A stretch of 49,168 nucleotides of DNA, taken from sequence record NC_049946.1, one strand, 5' to 3'. The notes beneath the pieces are model-generated. The model had not been told where the DNA came from. It did not search any database and saw only the letters and a program-made list of their open reading frames with translations. A program made the position numbers and the translations under genes. The DNA comes from Escherichia phage 4A7. Below, piece after piece: positions 10,452 through 21,677 of the stretch; the first letter of the stretch is position 1; every line of letters starts with the position of its first letter.

Positions 10452-13005
10452 ACCGGTAGGCGATCTGGTCGTTGATTTAAGTCTGGATGCGGCCAGATTT
10501 GACGAGCAGATGGCCAGAGTCAGGCGTCATTTTTCCGGTACGGAAAGTGATGCGAAAAAAACAGCGGCAGTCGTTGAACAGTCAATGAACCGACAGGCGC
10601 TGGCTGCACAGAAAGCGGGGATTTCCGTCGGGCAGTATAAAGCCGCCATGCGTATGCTGCCTGCACAGTTCACCGACGTGGCCACGCAGCTTGCAGGCGG
10701 GCAAAGCCCGTGGCTGATCCTGCTGCAACAGGGTGGTCAGGTTAAGGACTCCTTCGGCGGGATGATCCCCATGTTCAGGGGGCTTGCCGGTGCGATCACC
10801 CTGCCGATGGTCGGGGCCACCTCGCTGGCGGTGGCGACCGGTGCGCTGGCGTATGCCTGGTATCAGGGTAACTCAACCCTGTCCGATTTCAACAAAACGC
10901 TGGTCCTTTCCGGTCATCAGTCGGGTCTGACGGCAGATCGTATGCTGGTCCTGTCCAGAGCCGGGCAGGCGGCAGGGCTGACGTTTAACCAGACCAGCGA
11001 GTCACTCAGTGCACTGGTTAAGGCGGGGGTAAGCGGTGAGGCTCAGATTGTGTCCATCAGCCAGAGTGTGGCGCGTTTCTCCTCTGCATCCGGCGTGGAG
11101 GTGGACAAGGTCGCTGAAGCCTTCGGGAAGCTGACCACAGACCCGACGTCGGGGCTGACGGCGATGGCACGTCAGTTCCATAACGTGACGGCGGAGCAGA
11201 TTGCGTATGTTGCTCAGTTGCAGCGTTCCGGCGATGAAGCCGGGGCATTGCAGGCGGCGAACGAGGCCGCAACGAAAGGGTTTGATGACCAGACCCGCCG
11301 CCTGAAAGAGAACATGGGCACGCTGGAGACCTGGGCAGACAGGACCGCACGGGCATTCAAATCCATGTGGGATGCGGTGCTGGATATTGGTCGTCCTGAT
11401 ACCGCGCAGGAGATGCTGATTAAGGCAGAGGCCGCGTTTAAGAAAGCAGACGATATCTGGAATCTGCGCAAGGATGATTATTTTGTTAACGATGAAGCAC
11501 GGGCGCGTTACTGGGATGATCGTGAAAAGGCCCGTCTTGCGCTTGAAGCCGCCCGAAAGAAGGCTGAACAGCAGAGTCAACAGGACAAAAATGCGCAGCA
11601 GCAGAGCGATACCGAAGCGTCACGGCTGAAATATACCGAAGAGGCGCAGAAGGCTTACGAACGCCTGCAGACACCGCTGGAGAAATATACCGCCCGCCAG
11701 GAAGAACTGAACAAGGCACTGAAAGACGGGAAAATCCTGCAGGCGGATTACAACACGCTGATGGCGGCGGCGAAAAAGGACTATGAAGCGACGCTGAAAA
11801 AGCCGAAGCAGTCCGGCGTGAAGGTGTCTGCGGGCGATCGTCAGGAAGACAGTGCTCATGCTGCCCTTCTGACGCTTCAGGCAGAACTCCGGACGCTGGA
11901 GAAGCATGCCGGAGCGAATGAGAAAATCAGCCAGCAGCGCCGGGATTTGTGGAAAGCGGAAAATCAGTTCGCAGTACTGGAGGAGGCAGCACAACGTCGC
12001 CAGCTGTCTGCACAGGAGAAATCCCTGCTGGCGCATAAAGATGAGACGCTGGAGTACAAACGCCAGCTGGCTGCACTTGGCGACAAGGTTACGTATCAGG
12101 AGCACCTGAACGCGCTGGCGCAGCAGGCGGATAAATTCGCACAGCAGCAACGGGCAAAACGGGCCGCCATTGATGCGAAAAGCCGGGGGCTGACTGACCG
12201 GCAGGCAGCGCGGGAAGCCACGGAACAGCGCCTGAAGGAGGAGTATGGCGATAATCCGCTGGCGCTGAATAACGTCATGTCAGAGCAGAAAAAGACCTGG
12301 GTGGCTGAAGACCAGCTTCGCGGGAGCTGGATGGCAGGCCTGAAGTCCGGCTGGAGTGAGTGGGAAGAGAGCGCCACGGACAGTATGTCGCAGGTAAAAA
12401 GTGCAGCCACGCAGACCTTTGATGGTATTGCACAGAATATGGCGGCGATGCTGACCGGTAGTGAGCAGAACTGGCGCAGCTTCACCCGTTCCGTGCTGTC
12501 CATGATGACAGAAATTCTGCTTAAGCAGGCAATGGTGGGGATTGTCGGGAGTATCGGCAGCGCCATTGGCGGGGCTGTTGGTGGCGGCGCATCCGCGTCA
12601 GGCGGTACAGCCATTCAGGCCGCTGCGGCGAAATTCCATTTTGCAACTGGAGGATTTACGGGAACCGGCGGCAAATATGAGCCAGCGGGGATTGTTCACC
12701 GTGGTGAATTTGTCTTCACGAAGGAGGCAACCAGCCGGATTGGCGTGGGGAATCTCTACCGGCTGATGCGCGGCTATGCCACCGGCGGTTATGTCGGTAC
12801 ACCGGGCAGCATGGCAGACAGCCGGTCGCAGGCGTCCGGGACGTTTGAGCAGAATAACCATGTGGTGATTAACAACAACGGCACGAACGGGCAGATTGGG
12901 CCACAGGCGCTGAAGGCTGTGTATGACATGGCCCGCAAGGGTGCCCGTGATGAAATTCAGGCACAGATGCGTGATGGTGGCTTGTTATCCGGAGGTGGAC
13001 GATGA
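10444..13005 (+). CDS. H: tail tape measure protein gpH
   Basis: 853 aa (the lambda H length) in the conserved position between GT and M; coiled-coil-rich with a Gly-rich C-terminal segment. Confidence 0.9.
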   Translation: MAEPVGDLVVDLSLDAARFDEQMARVRRHFSGTESDAKKTAAVVEQSMNRQALAAQKAGISVGQYKAAMRMLPAQFTDVATQLAGGQSPWLILLQQGGQVKDSFGGMIPMFRGLAGAITLPMVGATSLAVATGALAYAWYQGNSTLSDFNKTLVLSGHQSGLTADRMLVLSRAGQAAGLTFNQTSESLSALVKAGVSGEAQIVSISQSVARFSSASGVEVDKVAEAFGKLTTDPTSGLTAMARQFHNVTAEQIAYVAQLQRSGDEAGALQAANEAATKGFDDQTRRLKENMGTLETWADRTARAFKSMWDAVLDIGRPDTAQEMLIKAEAAFKKADDIWNLRKDDYFVNDEARARYWDDREKARLALEAARKKAEQQSQQDKNAQQQSDTEASRLKYTEEAQKAYERLQTPLEKYTARQEELNKALKDGKILQADYNTLMAAAKKDYEATLKKPKQSGVKVSAGDRQEDSAHAALLTLQAELRTLEKHAGANEKISQQRRDLWKAENQFAVLEEAAQRRQLSAQEKSLLAHKDETLEYKRQLAALGDKVTYQEHLNALAQQADKFAQQQRAKRAAIDAKSRGLTDRQAAREATEQRLKEEYGDNPLALNNVMSEQKKTWVAEDQLRGSWMAGLKSGWSEWEESATDSMSQVKSAATQTFDGIAQNMAAMLTGSEQNWRSFTRSVLSMMTEILLKQAMVGIVGSIGSAIGGAVGGGASASGGTAIQAAAAKFHFATGGFTGTGGKYEPAGIVHRGEFVFTKEATSRIGVGNLYRLMRGYATGGYVGTPGSMADSRSQASGTFEQNNHVVINNNGTNGQIGPQALKAVYDMARKGARDEIQAQMRDGGLLSGGGR

Positions 13006-13331
13006 AAACCTTCCGCTGGAAAGTGAAACCCGGGATGGATGTGACATCGGCTCCTTCCGTCAGGGAGGTGCGCTTTGGTGATGGCTATTCCCAGCGTGCG
13101 CCTGCCGGGCTGAATGCCGACCTGAAAACGTACAGCGTGACGCTTTCTGTTCCCCGTTGGGAGGCCACGGCGCTGGAGTCGTTTCTGGCTGAGCACGGGG
13201 GCTGGAAGGCCTTTCTGTGGACGCCGCCTTATGGTTACAGGCAGATAAAGGTGACCTGCGCAAAATGGTCGTCGCAGGTCAGTATGTTGCGTGTTGAGTT
13301 CAGCGCAGAGTTTAAACAGGTGGTGAACTGA
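13002..13331 (+). CDS. M: minor tail protein gpM
   Basis: 109 aa, lambda M position and size; ATGA overlap with H. Confidence 0.85.
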   Translation: MKTFRWKVKPGMDVTSAPSVREVRFGDGYSQRAPAGLNADLKTYSVTLSVPRWEATALESFLAEHGGWKAFLWTPPYGYRQIKVTCAKWSSQVSMLRVEFSAEFKQVVN

Positions 13332-14029
13332 TGCAGGATATCCGACAGGAAACACTGAATGAATGCACCCGTGCGGAGCAGTCGGCCAGCGTGGTGCTCT
13401 GGGAAATCGATCTGACAGAGGTCGGTGGCGAGCGTTATTTTTTCTGTAATGAGCAGAACGAAAAAGGTGAGCCGGTCACCTGGCAGGGGCGACAGTATCA
13501 GGCGTATCCCATTCAGGGGAGCGGTTTTGAACTGAATGGCAAAGGCACCAGTACGCGCCCCACGCTGACGGTTTCTAACCTGTACGGTATGGTCACCGGG
13601 ATGGTGGAAGATCTGCAGAGTCTGGTCGGCGGAACGGTGGTCAGGCGTAAGGTTTACGCCCGTTTTCTGGATGCGGTGAATTTCGTCAACGGAAACAGCG
13701 ATGCCGATCCGGAGCAGGAGGTGATCAGCCGCTGGCGCATTGAGCAGTGCAGCGAACTGAGCGCGGTGAGTGCCTCTTTTGTACTGTCCACGCCGACGGA
13801 AACGGACGGCGCTGTTTTTCCGGGACGTATCATGCTGGCCAACACCTGCACCTGGACCTATCGCGGCGATGAGTGCGGTTATCACGGTCCGGCGGTCGCG
13901 GATGAATATGACCAGCCAACGTCCGATATCACGAAGGATAAATGCAGCAAATGCCTGAGTGGCTGTAAGTTTCGCAATAACGTCGGCAACTTTGGCGGCT
14001 TCCTTTCCATTAACAAACTTTCGCAGTAA
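13331..14029 (+). CDS. L: minor tail protein gpL
   Basis: 232 aa, lambda L position and size; C-terminal Cys cluster (CTWTYRGDECGY...CSKCLSGC). Confidence 0.85.
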   Translation: MQDIRQETLNECTRAEQSASVVLWEIDLTEVGGERYFFCNEQNEKGEPVTWQGRQYQAYPIQGSGFELNGKGTSTRPTLTVSNLYGMVTGMVEDLQSLVGGTVVRRKVYARFLDAVNFVNGNSDADPEQEVISRWRIEQCSELSAVSASFVLSTPTETDGAVFPGRIMLANTCTWTYRGDECGYHGPAVADEYDQPTSDITKDKCSKCLSGCKFRNNVGNFGGFLSINKLSQ

Positions 14030-14034
14030 ATCCC

Positions 14035-14778
14035 ATGACACAGACAGAATCAGCGATTCTGGCGCACGCCCGGCGATGTGCGCCAGCGGAGTCGTGCGGC
14101 TTCGTGGTGAGAACGCCGGAGGGGGAAAGATATTTTCCCTGCGTGAATATCTCCGGTGAGCCGGAGGATTATTTCCGGATGTCGCCGGAGGACTGGCTGC
14201 AGGCAGAAATGCAGGGTGAGATAGTCGCGCTGGTCCACAGCCACCCCGGTGGTCTGCCCTGGCTGAGTGAGGCCGACCGGCGGCTGCAGGTGCAGAGTGA
14301 TTTGCCGTGGTGGCTGGTCTGCCGGGGGACGATTCATAAGTTCCGCTGTGTGCCGCATCTCACCGGGCGGCGCTTTGAGCACGGGGTGACGGACTGTTAC
14401 ACGCTGTTCCGGGATGCTTATCATCTGGCGGGGATTGAGATGCCGGATTTTACGCGGGAGGATGACTGGTGGCGTCACGGTCAGAATCTCTATCTGGATA
14501 ATCTGGAGGCAGCGGGGCTGTATCAGGTGCCGTTGTCAGCGGCGCAGCCGGGCGATGTGCTGCTGTGCTGCTTTGGTTCATCGGTGCCGAATCATGCCGC
14601 TATTTACTGTGGTGATGGCGAGCTGCTGCACCATATTCCTGAACAACTGAGCAAACGAGAGAGGTATACCGACAAATGGCAGCGACGCACACACTCCCTC
14701 TGGCGTCACCGGGCATGGCACGCATCTGCCTTTACGGGGATTTACAACGATTTGGCCGCCGCATCGATCTTCGTGTGA
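14035..14778 (+). CDS. K: tail tip assembly protein gpK (MPN/JAB plus NlpC/P60-like domains)
   Basis: HSHPGG motif (JAB/MPN-like) in the N-terminal half and a Cys/His hydrolase-like C-terminal half; overlaps I by ~100 bp as lambda K does. The true start may be internal. Confidence 0.8.
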   Translation: MTQTESAILAHARRCAPAESCGFVVRTPEGERYFPCVNISGEPEDYFRMSPEDWLQAEMQGEIVALVHSHPGGLPWLSEADRRLQVQSDLPWWLVCRGTIHKFRCVPHLTGRRFEHGVTDCYTLFRDAYHLAGIEMPDFTREDDWWRHGQNLYLDNLEAAGLYQVPLSAAQPGDVLLCCFGSSVPNHAAIYCGDGELLHHIPEQLSKRERYTDKWQRRTHSLWRHRAWHASAFTGIYNDLAAASIFV

Positions 14779-15347
14779 AAACGGGGGCTGAAGCTATCCG
14801 GGCGCTGGCCACACAGCTCCCGGCGTTTCGTCAGAAACTGAATGACGGCTGGTATCAGGTACGGATTGCCGGGCGGGATGTCAGCACGTCCGGATTAACG
14901 GCGCAGTTACATGAGACTCTGCCTGATGGCGCTGTGATTCATATTGTTCCCAGAGTCGCCGGGGCCAAGTCAGGTGGTGTATTCCAGATTGTCCTGGGAG
15001 CTGCCGCCATTGCCGGATCATTCTTTACTGCCGGAGCCACCCTTGCAGCATGGGGGGCAGCCATTGGGGCCGGTGGTATGACCGGCATCCTGTTTTCTCT
15101 CGGTGCCAGTATGGTGCTCGGTGGTGTGGCGCAGATGCTCGCACCGAAAGCCAGGACGCCCACAGCGACCAGCACGGATAACGGTAAGCAGAACACCTAT
15201 TTCTCTTCACTGGATAACATGGTTGCCCAGGGCAATGTTTTGCCTGTTCTGTACGGTGAAATGCGCGTGGGGTCACGCGTGGTTTCTCAGGAGATCAGCA
15301 CGGCAGACGAAGGGGACGGTGGTCAGGTTGTGGTGATTGGTCGCTGA
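14676..15347 (+). CDS. I: tail assembly protein gpI
   Basis: 223 aa (the lambda I length), Gly/Ala-rich hydrophobic C-terminal half; conserved position before J. Confidence 0.85.
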   Translation: MAATHTLPLASPGMARICLYGDLQRFGRRIDLRVKTGAEAIRALATQLPAFRQKLNDGWYQVRIAGRDVSTSGLTAQLHETLPDGAVIHIVPRVAGAKSGGVFQIVLGAAAIAGSFFTAGATLAAWGAAIGAGGMTGILFSLGASMVLGGVAQMLAPKARTPTATSTDNGKQNTYFSSLDNMVAQGNVLPVLYGEMRVGSRVVSQEISTADEGDGGQVVVIGR

Positions 15348-15365
15348 TGCAAAATGTTTTATGTG

Positions 15366-15392
15366 AAACCGCCTGCGGGCGGTTTTGTCGTT
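15366..15392 (+). terminator. putative intrinsic terminator/attenuator between I and J
   Basis: Stem ACCGCC/GGCGGT with loop TGCG, followed by TTTTGTCGTTT; lies between the I stop (15347) and the J start (15408). Confidence 0.35.
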
Positions 15393-15407
15393 TATGGAGC
15401 GTGAGGA

Positions 15408-18400
15408 ATGGGTAAAGGCAGCAGTAAGGGGCATACCCCGCGCGAAGCGAAGGACAACCTGAAGTCCACGCAGTTGCTGAGTGTGATCGATGCCATCAGC
15501 GAAGGGCCGATAGAAGGTCCGGTGGATGGATTAAAAAGCGTGCTGCTGAACAGTACACCGGTGCTGGACAGTGAGGGAAATACCAACATCTCCGGCGTCA
15601 CGGTGGTGTTCCGGGCAGGTGAGCAGGAGCAGACACCGCCGGAGGGATTTGAATCCTCCGGTTCCGAGACGGTGCTGGGTACGGAAGTGAAATATGACAC
15701 GCCGATCACCCGCACCATTACGTCTGCAAACATCGACCGTCTGCGCTTTACCTTCGGTGTGCAGGCACTGGTGGAAACCACTTCAAAGGGGGACCGTAAT
15801 CCGTCGGAAGTCCGCCTGCTGGTTCAGATACAGCGTAACGGTGGCTGGGTGACGGAAAAAGACATAACCATTAAGGGCAAAACCACCTCGCAGTATCTGG
15901 CCTCGGTGGTGGTGGATAACCTGCCTCCGCGCCCGTTCAATATCCGGATGCGCAGGATGACACCGGACAGCACCACAGACCAGCTGCAGAACAAAACGCT
16001 CTGGTCGTCATACACCGAAATCATCGATGTGAAACAGTGCTACCCGAACACGGCACTGGTCGGCGTGCAGGTGGACTCGGAACAGTTCGGCAGCCAGCAG
16101 GTGAGCCGTAATTATCATCTTCGCGGGCGCATTCTGCAGGTGCCGTCGAACTATAACCCGCAGACGCGGCAATACATCGGTATCTGGGACGGGACGTTTA
16201 AACCGGCATACAGCAACAACATGGCCTGGTGTCTGTGGGATATGCTGACCCACCCGCGCTACGGCATGGGTAAACGTCTTGGTGCGGCAGATGTGGATAA
16301 ATGGGCGCTGTATGTCATCGGCCAGAATTGCGACCAGTCGGTGCCGGACGGTTTTGGCGGCACGGAGCCGCGCATCACCTGTAACGCTTACCTGACCACA
16401 CAGCGCAAGGCGTGGGATGTGCTCAGTGATTTCTGCTCGGCGATGCGCTGTATGCCGGTATGGAACGGGCAGACGCTGACGTTCGTGCAGGACCGGCCAT
16501 CGGATAAGGTGTGGACCTATAACCGCAGTAATGTGGTGATGCCGGAAGATGGCGCGCCGTTCCGCTACAGCTTCAGCGCCCTGAAGGACCGTCATAATGC
16601 CGTTGAGGTGAACTGGATTGACCCGGATAACGGCTGGGAGACGGCGACAGAGCTTGTGGAGGACACGCGGGCCATTGCCCGTTACGGTCGTAATGTCACG
16701 AAGATGGACGCCTTTGGCTGTACCAGCCGGGGGCAGGCACACCGAGCCGGGCTGTGGCTGATTAAAACGGAGCTGCTGGAAACGCAGACCGTGGACTTTA
16801 GCGTGGGTGCTGAAGGGCTTCGCCATGTACCGGGCGATGTCATTGAAATCTGCGATGATGACTATGCCGGTATCAGCACCGGCGGGCGCGTGCTGGCGGT
16901 GAACAGCCAGACCCGGACGCTGACGCTCGACCGTGAAATCACGCTGCCATCCTCCGGCACCACGCTGATAAGCCTGGTTGACGGGCAGGGTAATCCGGTG
17001 AGCGTGGAGGTTCAGTCCGTCACCGACGGCGTGAAGGTGAAAGTGAGCCGGGTTCCTGACGGCGTTGCCGAATACAGCGTGTGGGGGCTGAAGCTGCCGA
17101 CGCTGCGCCAGCGCCTGTTCCGCTGTGTGAGTATCCGTGAGAATGACGACGGTACGTATGCCATCACCGCCGTGCAGCATGTACCGGCAAAAGAGGCCAT
17201 CGTGGATAACGGGGCGCACTTTGACGGCGACCAGAGCGGAACGGTAAACGGTGTCACGCCGCCAGCAGTACAGCACCTGACCGCAGAAGTCACCGCAGAC
17301 AGCGGGGAATACCAGGTGCTGGCGCGCTGGGATACGCCGAAGGTGGTGAAGGGGGTGAGCTTTATGCTTCGCCTGACCGTGGCAGCGGATGACGGCAGTG
17401 AGCGGCTGGTCAGCACGGCCCGGACGACGGAAACCACATACCGCTTCACGCAACTGGCGCTGGGAAACTACAGGCTGACAGTCCGGGCGGCAAATGCCTG
17501 GGGGCAGCAGGGCGATCCGGCATCGGTATCGTTCCGTATTGCCGCACCGGCAGCGCCGTCGCGGATTGAGCTGACGCCGGGCTATTTTCAGATCACCGCC
17601 ACGCCGCATCTTGCCGTTTATGATCCGACGGTACAGTTTGAGTTCTGGTTCTCGGAAAAGCGGGTTGCGGATATCAGGCAGGTTGAAACTACAGCCCGCT
17701 ATCTTGGCACGGCGCTGTACTGGATAGCTGCCAGTATCAATATCAAGCCGGGCCATGATTATTATTTTTATATCCGCAGTGTGAATACTGTTGGCAAATC
17801 GGCATTCGTGGAGGCTGTCGGTCGGGCGAGCGATGATGCGGAAGGTTACCTGGATTTTTTCAAAGGCCAGATAACCGAATCCCATCTCGGCAAGGAGCTG
17901 CTGGAAAAAGTCGAGCTGACGGAGGATAACGCCAGCAAACTGGAGGAGTTCTCGAAAGAGTGGAAAGACGCCAACGATAAATGGAATGCCATGTGGGGTG
18001 TCAAAATTGAGCAGACCGAAGACGGCAAACATTATGTCGCGGGGCTTGGCCTCAGCATGGAGGATACAGAGGAAGGCAAACTGAGCCAGTTCCTGGTTGC
18101 CGCTAACCGTATCGCGTTTATTGACCCGGCAAACGGGAATGAAACGCCGATGTTTGTGGCGCAGGGCAACCAGATATTCATGAACGAAGTGTTCCTGAAG
18201 TATCTGACGGCTCCCACCATTACCAGCGGCGGCAATCCGCCGGTATTTTCCCTGACACCGGACGGGCGGCTGACGGCGAAAAATGCCGATATCAGCGGTA
18301 ACGTGAATGCGAACTCCGGGACGCTCAATAATGTCACGATTAACCAGAACTGTCGGATTATGGGAAAACTGTCTGCCAACCAGATTGAAGGTGATATTGT

Positions 18401-18806
18401 CAAAACGGTGGGAAAAGCCTTTCCGAGAAATGGCAGTTATGCCAGCGGTACAATAACGGTCACTGTGTACGATGACCAGGCTTTTGACCGTCAGATAGTA
18501 ATCCCACCCGTTCTGTTTCGCGGTGGTAAGCATGAAAACTTCAACAGCAACAACCAACAGTCATACTGGTATTCAACCTGTAAGCTGCAGGTACTGAAGA
18601 ACGGACAGGAAATCTTTCAGCAACCCGCGACGGATGTCAGCAGGGTATTTTCATCAGTCATTGATATGCCTGCCGGACACGGCCATGTCACCCTGACTTT
18701 CAATGTTTCTTCATATGGTGCTAATAACTGGACGCCAACGACCAGTATCAGCGACCTTCTTGTTGTTGTGATGAAGAAATCTACAGCCGGTATCAGTATC
18801 AGTTGA
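15408..18806 (+). CDS. J: central tail fibre / host specificity protein gpJ
   Basis: 1132 aa (the lambda J length); fibronectin-like middle region; GAGG RBS before the ATG. Confidence 0.9.
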   Translation: MGKGSSKGHTPREAKDNLKSTQLLSVIDAISEGPIEGPVDGLKSVLLNSTPVLDSEGNTNISGVTVVFRAGEQEQTPPEGFESSGSETVLGTEVKYDTPITRTITSANIDRLRFTFGVQALVETTSKGDRNPSEVRLLVQIQRNGGWVTEKDITIKGKTTSQYLASVVVDNLPPRPFNIRMRRMTPDSTTDQLQNKTLWSSYTEIIDVKQCYPNTALVGVQVDSEQFGSQQVSRNYHLRGRILQVPSNYNPQTRQYIGIWDGTFKPAYSNNMAWCLWDMLTHPRYGMGKRLGAADVDKWALYVIGQNCDQSVPDGFGGTEPRITCNAYLTTQRKAWDVLSDFCSAMRCMPVWNGQTLTFVQDRPSDKVWTYNRSNVVMPEDGAPFRYSFSALKDRHNAVEVNWIDPDNGWETATELVEDTRAIARYGRNVTKMDAFGCTSRGQAHRAGLWLIKTELLETQTVDFSVGAEGLRHVPGDVIEICDDDYAGISTGGRVLAVNSQTRTLTLDREITLPSSGTTLISLVDGQGNPVSVEVQSVTDGVKVKVSRVPDGVAEYSVWGLKLPTLRQRLFRCVSIRENDDGTYAITAVQHVPAKEAIVDNGAHFDGDQSGTVNGVTPPAVQHLTAEVTADSGEYQVLARWDTPKVVKGVSFMLRLTVAADDGSERLVSTARTTETTYRFTQLALGNYRLTVRAANAWGQQGDPASVSFRIAAPAAPSRIELTPGYFQITATPHLAVYDPTVQFEFWFSEKRVADIRQVETTARYLGTALYWIAASINIKPGHDYYFYIRSVNTVGKSAFVEAVGRASDDAEGYLDFFKGQITESHLGKELLEKVELTEDNASKLEEFSKEWKDANDKWNAMWGVKIEQTEDGKHYVAGLGLSMEDTEEGKLSQFLVAANRIAFIDPANGNETPMFVAQGNQIFMNEVFLKYLTAPTITSGGNPPVFSLTPDGRLTAKNADISGNVNANSGTLNNVTINQNCRIMGKLSANQIEGDIVKTVGKAFPRNGSYASGTITVTVYDDQAFDRQIVIPPVLFRGGKHENFNSNNQQSYWYSTCKLQVLKNGQEIFQQPATDVSRVFSSVIDMPAGHGHVTLTFNVSSYGANNWTPTTSISDLLVVVMKKSTAGISIS

Positions 18807-18864
18807 ATTTTATAACCCAGATACGGGTGCCAGAAATGGCGCCTTTTTTATTTGTGGAGTGAAT

Positions 18865-20793
18865 ATGGCAGTACAGATTTCAGGCGTGCTGAAAGACGGT
18901 GCAGGAAAACCGATACAGAACTGCACCATTCAGCTCAAAGCAAAACGTAACAGCACCACGGTTGTGGTGAACACGGTGGCCTCAGAAAATCCGGATGAAG
19001 CCGGACGTTACAGCATGGATGTCGAGTATGGCCAGTACAGCGTTATCCTGCTGGTTGAAGGTTTTCCGCCTTCACATGCCGGGACCATCACCGTGTATGA
19101 GGATTCTAAGCCGGGGACGCTGAATGATTTTCTGGGGGCCATGACGGAAGAGGATGTCATGCCGGAGGCATTGCGTCGTTTTGAGGTAATGGTGGAGGAT
19201 GTGGCACGCAACGCTGAAGCCGCCTCTCAGAGCGCAGCGGCAGCAAAGAAATCAGAAACAGCAGCGGCATCGTCCAGGAACGCGGCGAAAACATCAGAGA
19301 CGAATGCAGGTAACAGCGCGAAAGCGGCAGCTTCTTCAAAAACAGCCGCACAAAACGCAGCAACAGCGGCAGAACGTTCAGAGACAAATGCCCGTGCGTC
19401 AGAAGAAGCCTCCGCAGACAGTGAAGAGGCTTCCCGCCGTAATGCAGAGTCAGCCGCTGAAAATGCCGGAGTCGCCACCACAAAAGCGCGGGAGGCTGCA
19501 GCAGACGCAACAAAGGCCGGGCAGAAAAAGGATGAGGCTCTGTCGGCAGCGACACGAGCTGAAAAGGCGGCAGACCGCGCAGAAGCCGCAGCGGAAGTGA
19601 CTGCAGAGCCCTATGCGAATATAGTGCCGCCGCTGCCTGATGTGTGGATACCGTTTAACGATTCACTGGATATGATTGCGGGTTTTTCTCCGGGCTATAA
19701 AAAAATAGCTATTGGTGACGATGTGGTTCAGGTCGCCAGTGATAAACAGGTTAATTTCAGTCGCGCATCAACGGCAACATATATCAACAAATCTGGCGAA
19801 CTGAAAACGGCGGAAATTAATGAGCCGCGATTTGAGTGTGATGGCCTGCTTATTGAGGGACAAAGAACGAACTACATGCTCAATTCGGAAAGTCCAGCCA
19901 GCTGGGGGAAGTCATCAAACATGGATGTGCCCGAAACTGGGACGGATAGTTTTGGTTTTACTTATGGAAAGTTTGTCTGCAACGATTCTCTGGTTGGGCA
20001 AACTTCGGCTATTAATATGGCATCAATTGCTGCAACAAAGTCAGTTGATGTCTCAGGCGATAACAAGTACGTGACAACCTCATGCCGTTTTAAAACAGAA
20101 CGACAGGTAAGGTTACGTATACGGTTTGATAAGTATGATGGTAGTGCAACAACTTTTCTTGGCGATGCGTACATTGATACGCAAACGCTTGAAATTAATA
20201 TGACAGGTGGTGCTGCCGGCAGAATTACGGCACGAGTCAGGAAGGATAAGACCACGGGCTGGATTTTTGCAGAGGCAACGATTCAGGCAATTGATGGTGA
20301 GTTAAAAATAGGCTCTCAGATACAGTATTCTCCTGAGCAGGGTGGGGCAACAGTATCTGGTGACTATATTTATCTTGCCACCCCACAAGTAGAGAATGGG
20401 CCGTGTGTATCATCATTTATTATTTCAGGAGGCAGCGCAACGACAAGAGCCAGTGATTTGGTTAGTATCCCCACCAGAAATAATCTTTATAAGTTACCAT
20501 TTACTTTTTTACTTGAGATTCATAAAAACTGGGATATTGCACCAAACGCCGCACCCCGCGTGTGGGATATAGCAGCCAATACCGGGCAATCAGCAATTGC
20601 AGCAATCAACAGAGGTAGTGGTAAGTTATATATGAGTCTGTCAAACCCTTCAGGCTCGTATGTTAATAGCGCAGCGACAGATGTATTTGCAGAGAAAACC
20701 ACATTTGGATGTATTGCAAAAGCTGATGGTCACTTTCATGTGGTGACAAATGGTAAAGCGGTTAATGAAGTTTATTGTGAATATAATGGGTAA
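18865..20793 (+). pseudogene. stf: side tail fibre gene stf, 3'-truncated by the IS66-family insertion (the stop codon is supplied by the IS end)
   Basis: N-terminus matches lambda Stf as recalled (MAVQISGVLKDGAGKPIQNCTIQLKAKRNSTTVVVNTV...GRYSMDVEYGQYSVIL), then an Ala-rich repeat region. The reading frame resumes after the IS at 23322. Confidence 0.8.
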
Positions 20794-20874
20794 GCGTAAA
20801 CTGACCGCCGTATGTAGCCATCAGACGAGAATTGGTAACTTAGACGCCCATCTGATATAGACGGACATCTAAGT

Positions 20875-21300
20875 ATGGAATTACAGGACTGGCGAAAAGA
20901 ACCTCGTAAAAACTATTCGAATGAATTCAAACTTCGTATGGTGGAACTGGCATCACAACCTGGAGCTTGTGTTGCACAGATTGCACGTGAAAATGGCGTC
21001 AATGATAATGTTATTTTCAAATGGCTCAGGCTCTGGCAGAACGAAGGGCGTGTTTCGCGGCGTCTTCCGGTAACGACCTCTTCTGACACTGGCGTTGAAT
21101 TATTACCTGTAGAAATAACGCCGGATGAGCAGAAAGAACCTGTGGCGGCCATTGCGCCGTCTTTATCCACTTCCACTCAGACCAGAGTCAGTGCCAGTTC
21201 CTGCAAGGTGGAATTCCGTCACGGTAACATGACGCTGGAAAATCCATCGCCAGAGCTGCTCACAGTGTTGATCCGTGAACTGACCGGGAGGGGAAGATGA
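20875..21300 (+). CDS. tnpA: IS66-family accessory protein TnpA (Orf1)
   Basis: First ORF of the IS66-type triad; HTH-like N-terminus. Confidence 0.8.
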   Translation: MELQDWRKEPRKNYSNEFKLRMVELASQPGACVAQIARENGVNDNVIFKWLRLWQNEGRVSRRLPVTTSSDTGVELLPVEITPDEQKEPVAAIAPSLSTSTQTRVSASSCKVEFRHGNMTLENPSPELLTVLIRELTGRGR

Positions 21301-21647
21301 TCTCACTCCCATCAGGTACCCGTATCTGGCTCGTTGCCGGCGTTACCGATATGCGTAAATCCTTCAACGGACTGGGAGAACAGGTACAACATGTGCTGAA
21401 TGATAATCCCTTCTCCGGTCACCTGTTTATCTTCCGTGGCCGACGGGGTGACACCGTCAAAATTCTTTGGGCTGATGCTGATGGTCTGTGCCTGTTCACC
21501 AAACGCCTGGAGGAAGGCCAGTTTATCTGGCCTGCGGTACGTGACGGCAAGGTATCCATTACCCGCTCGCAACTGGCAATGCTCCTCGATAAGCTGGACT
21601 GGCGTCAGCCAAAAACATCCAGCCGTAACTCACTGACAATGTTGTAA
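21297..21647 (+). CDS. tnpB: IS66-family Orf2 (TnpB)
   Basis: 116-aa ORF overlapping tnpA (ATGA), typical of IS66 orf2. Confidence 0.8.
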   Translation: MISLPSGTRIWLVAGVTDMRKSFNGLGEQVQHVLNDNPFSGHLFIFRGRRGDTVKILWADADGLCLFTKRLEEGQFIWPAVRDGKVSITRSQLAMLLDKLDWRQPKTSSRNSLTML

Positions 21648-21677
21648 AAAACTCCTGACCGCATTATAAAAACGGTC

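Noticed and set aside
11620-12614. Minus-strand ORFs of 176 and 172 aa
   Set aside because: Embedded antisense in the tape measure gene H; repetitive low-complexity translation typical of shadow frames.
16008-18557. 849-aa ORF on the minus strand
   Set aside because: It lies entirely antisense within the J tail fibre gene, whose plus-strand product has the full lambda J length; long antisense ORFs are common in GC-rich genes. No independent start or RBS evidence.
19157-19600. Overlapping ORFs (132 aa minus, 133 aa plus) inside the stf Ala-rich region
   Set aside because: Alternative frames of the repetitive Ala/Ser-rich stf coding sequence; the stf frame has the lambda-matching N-terminus.
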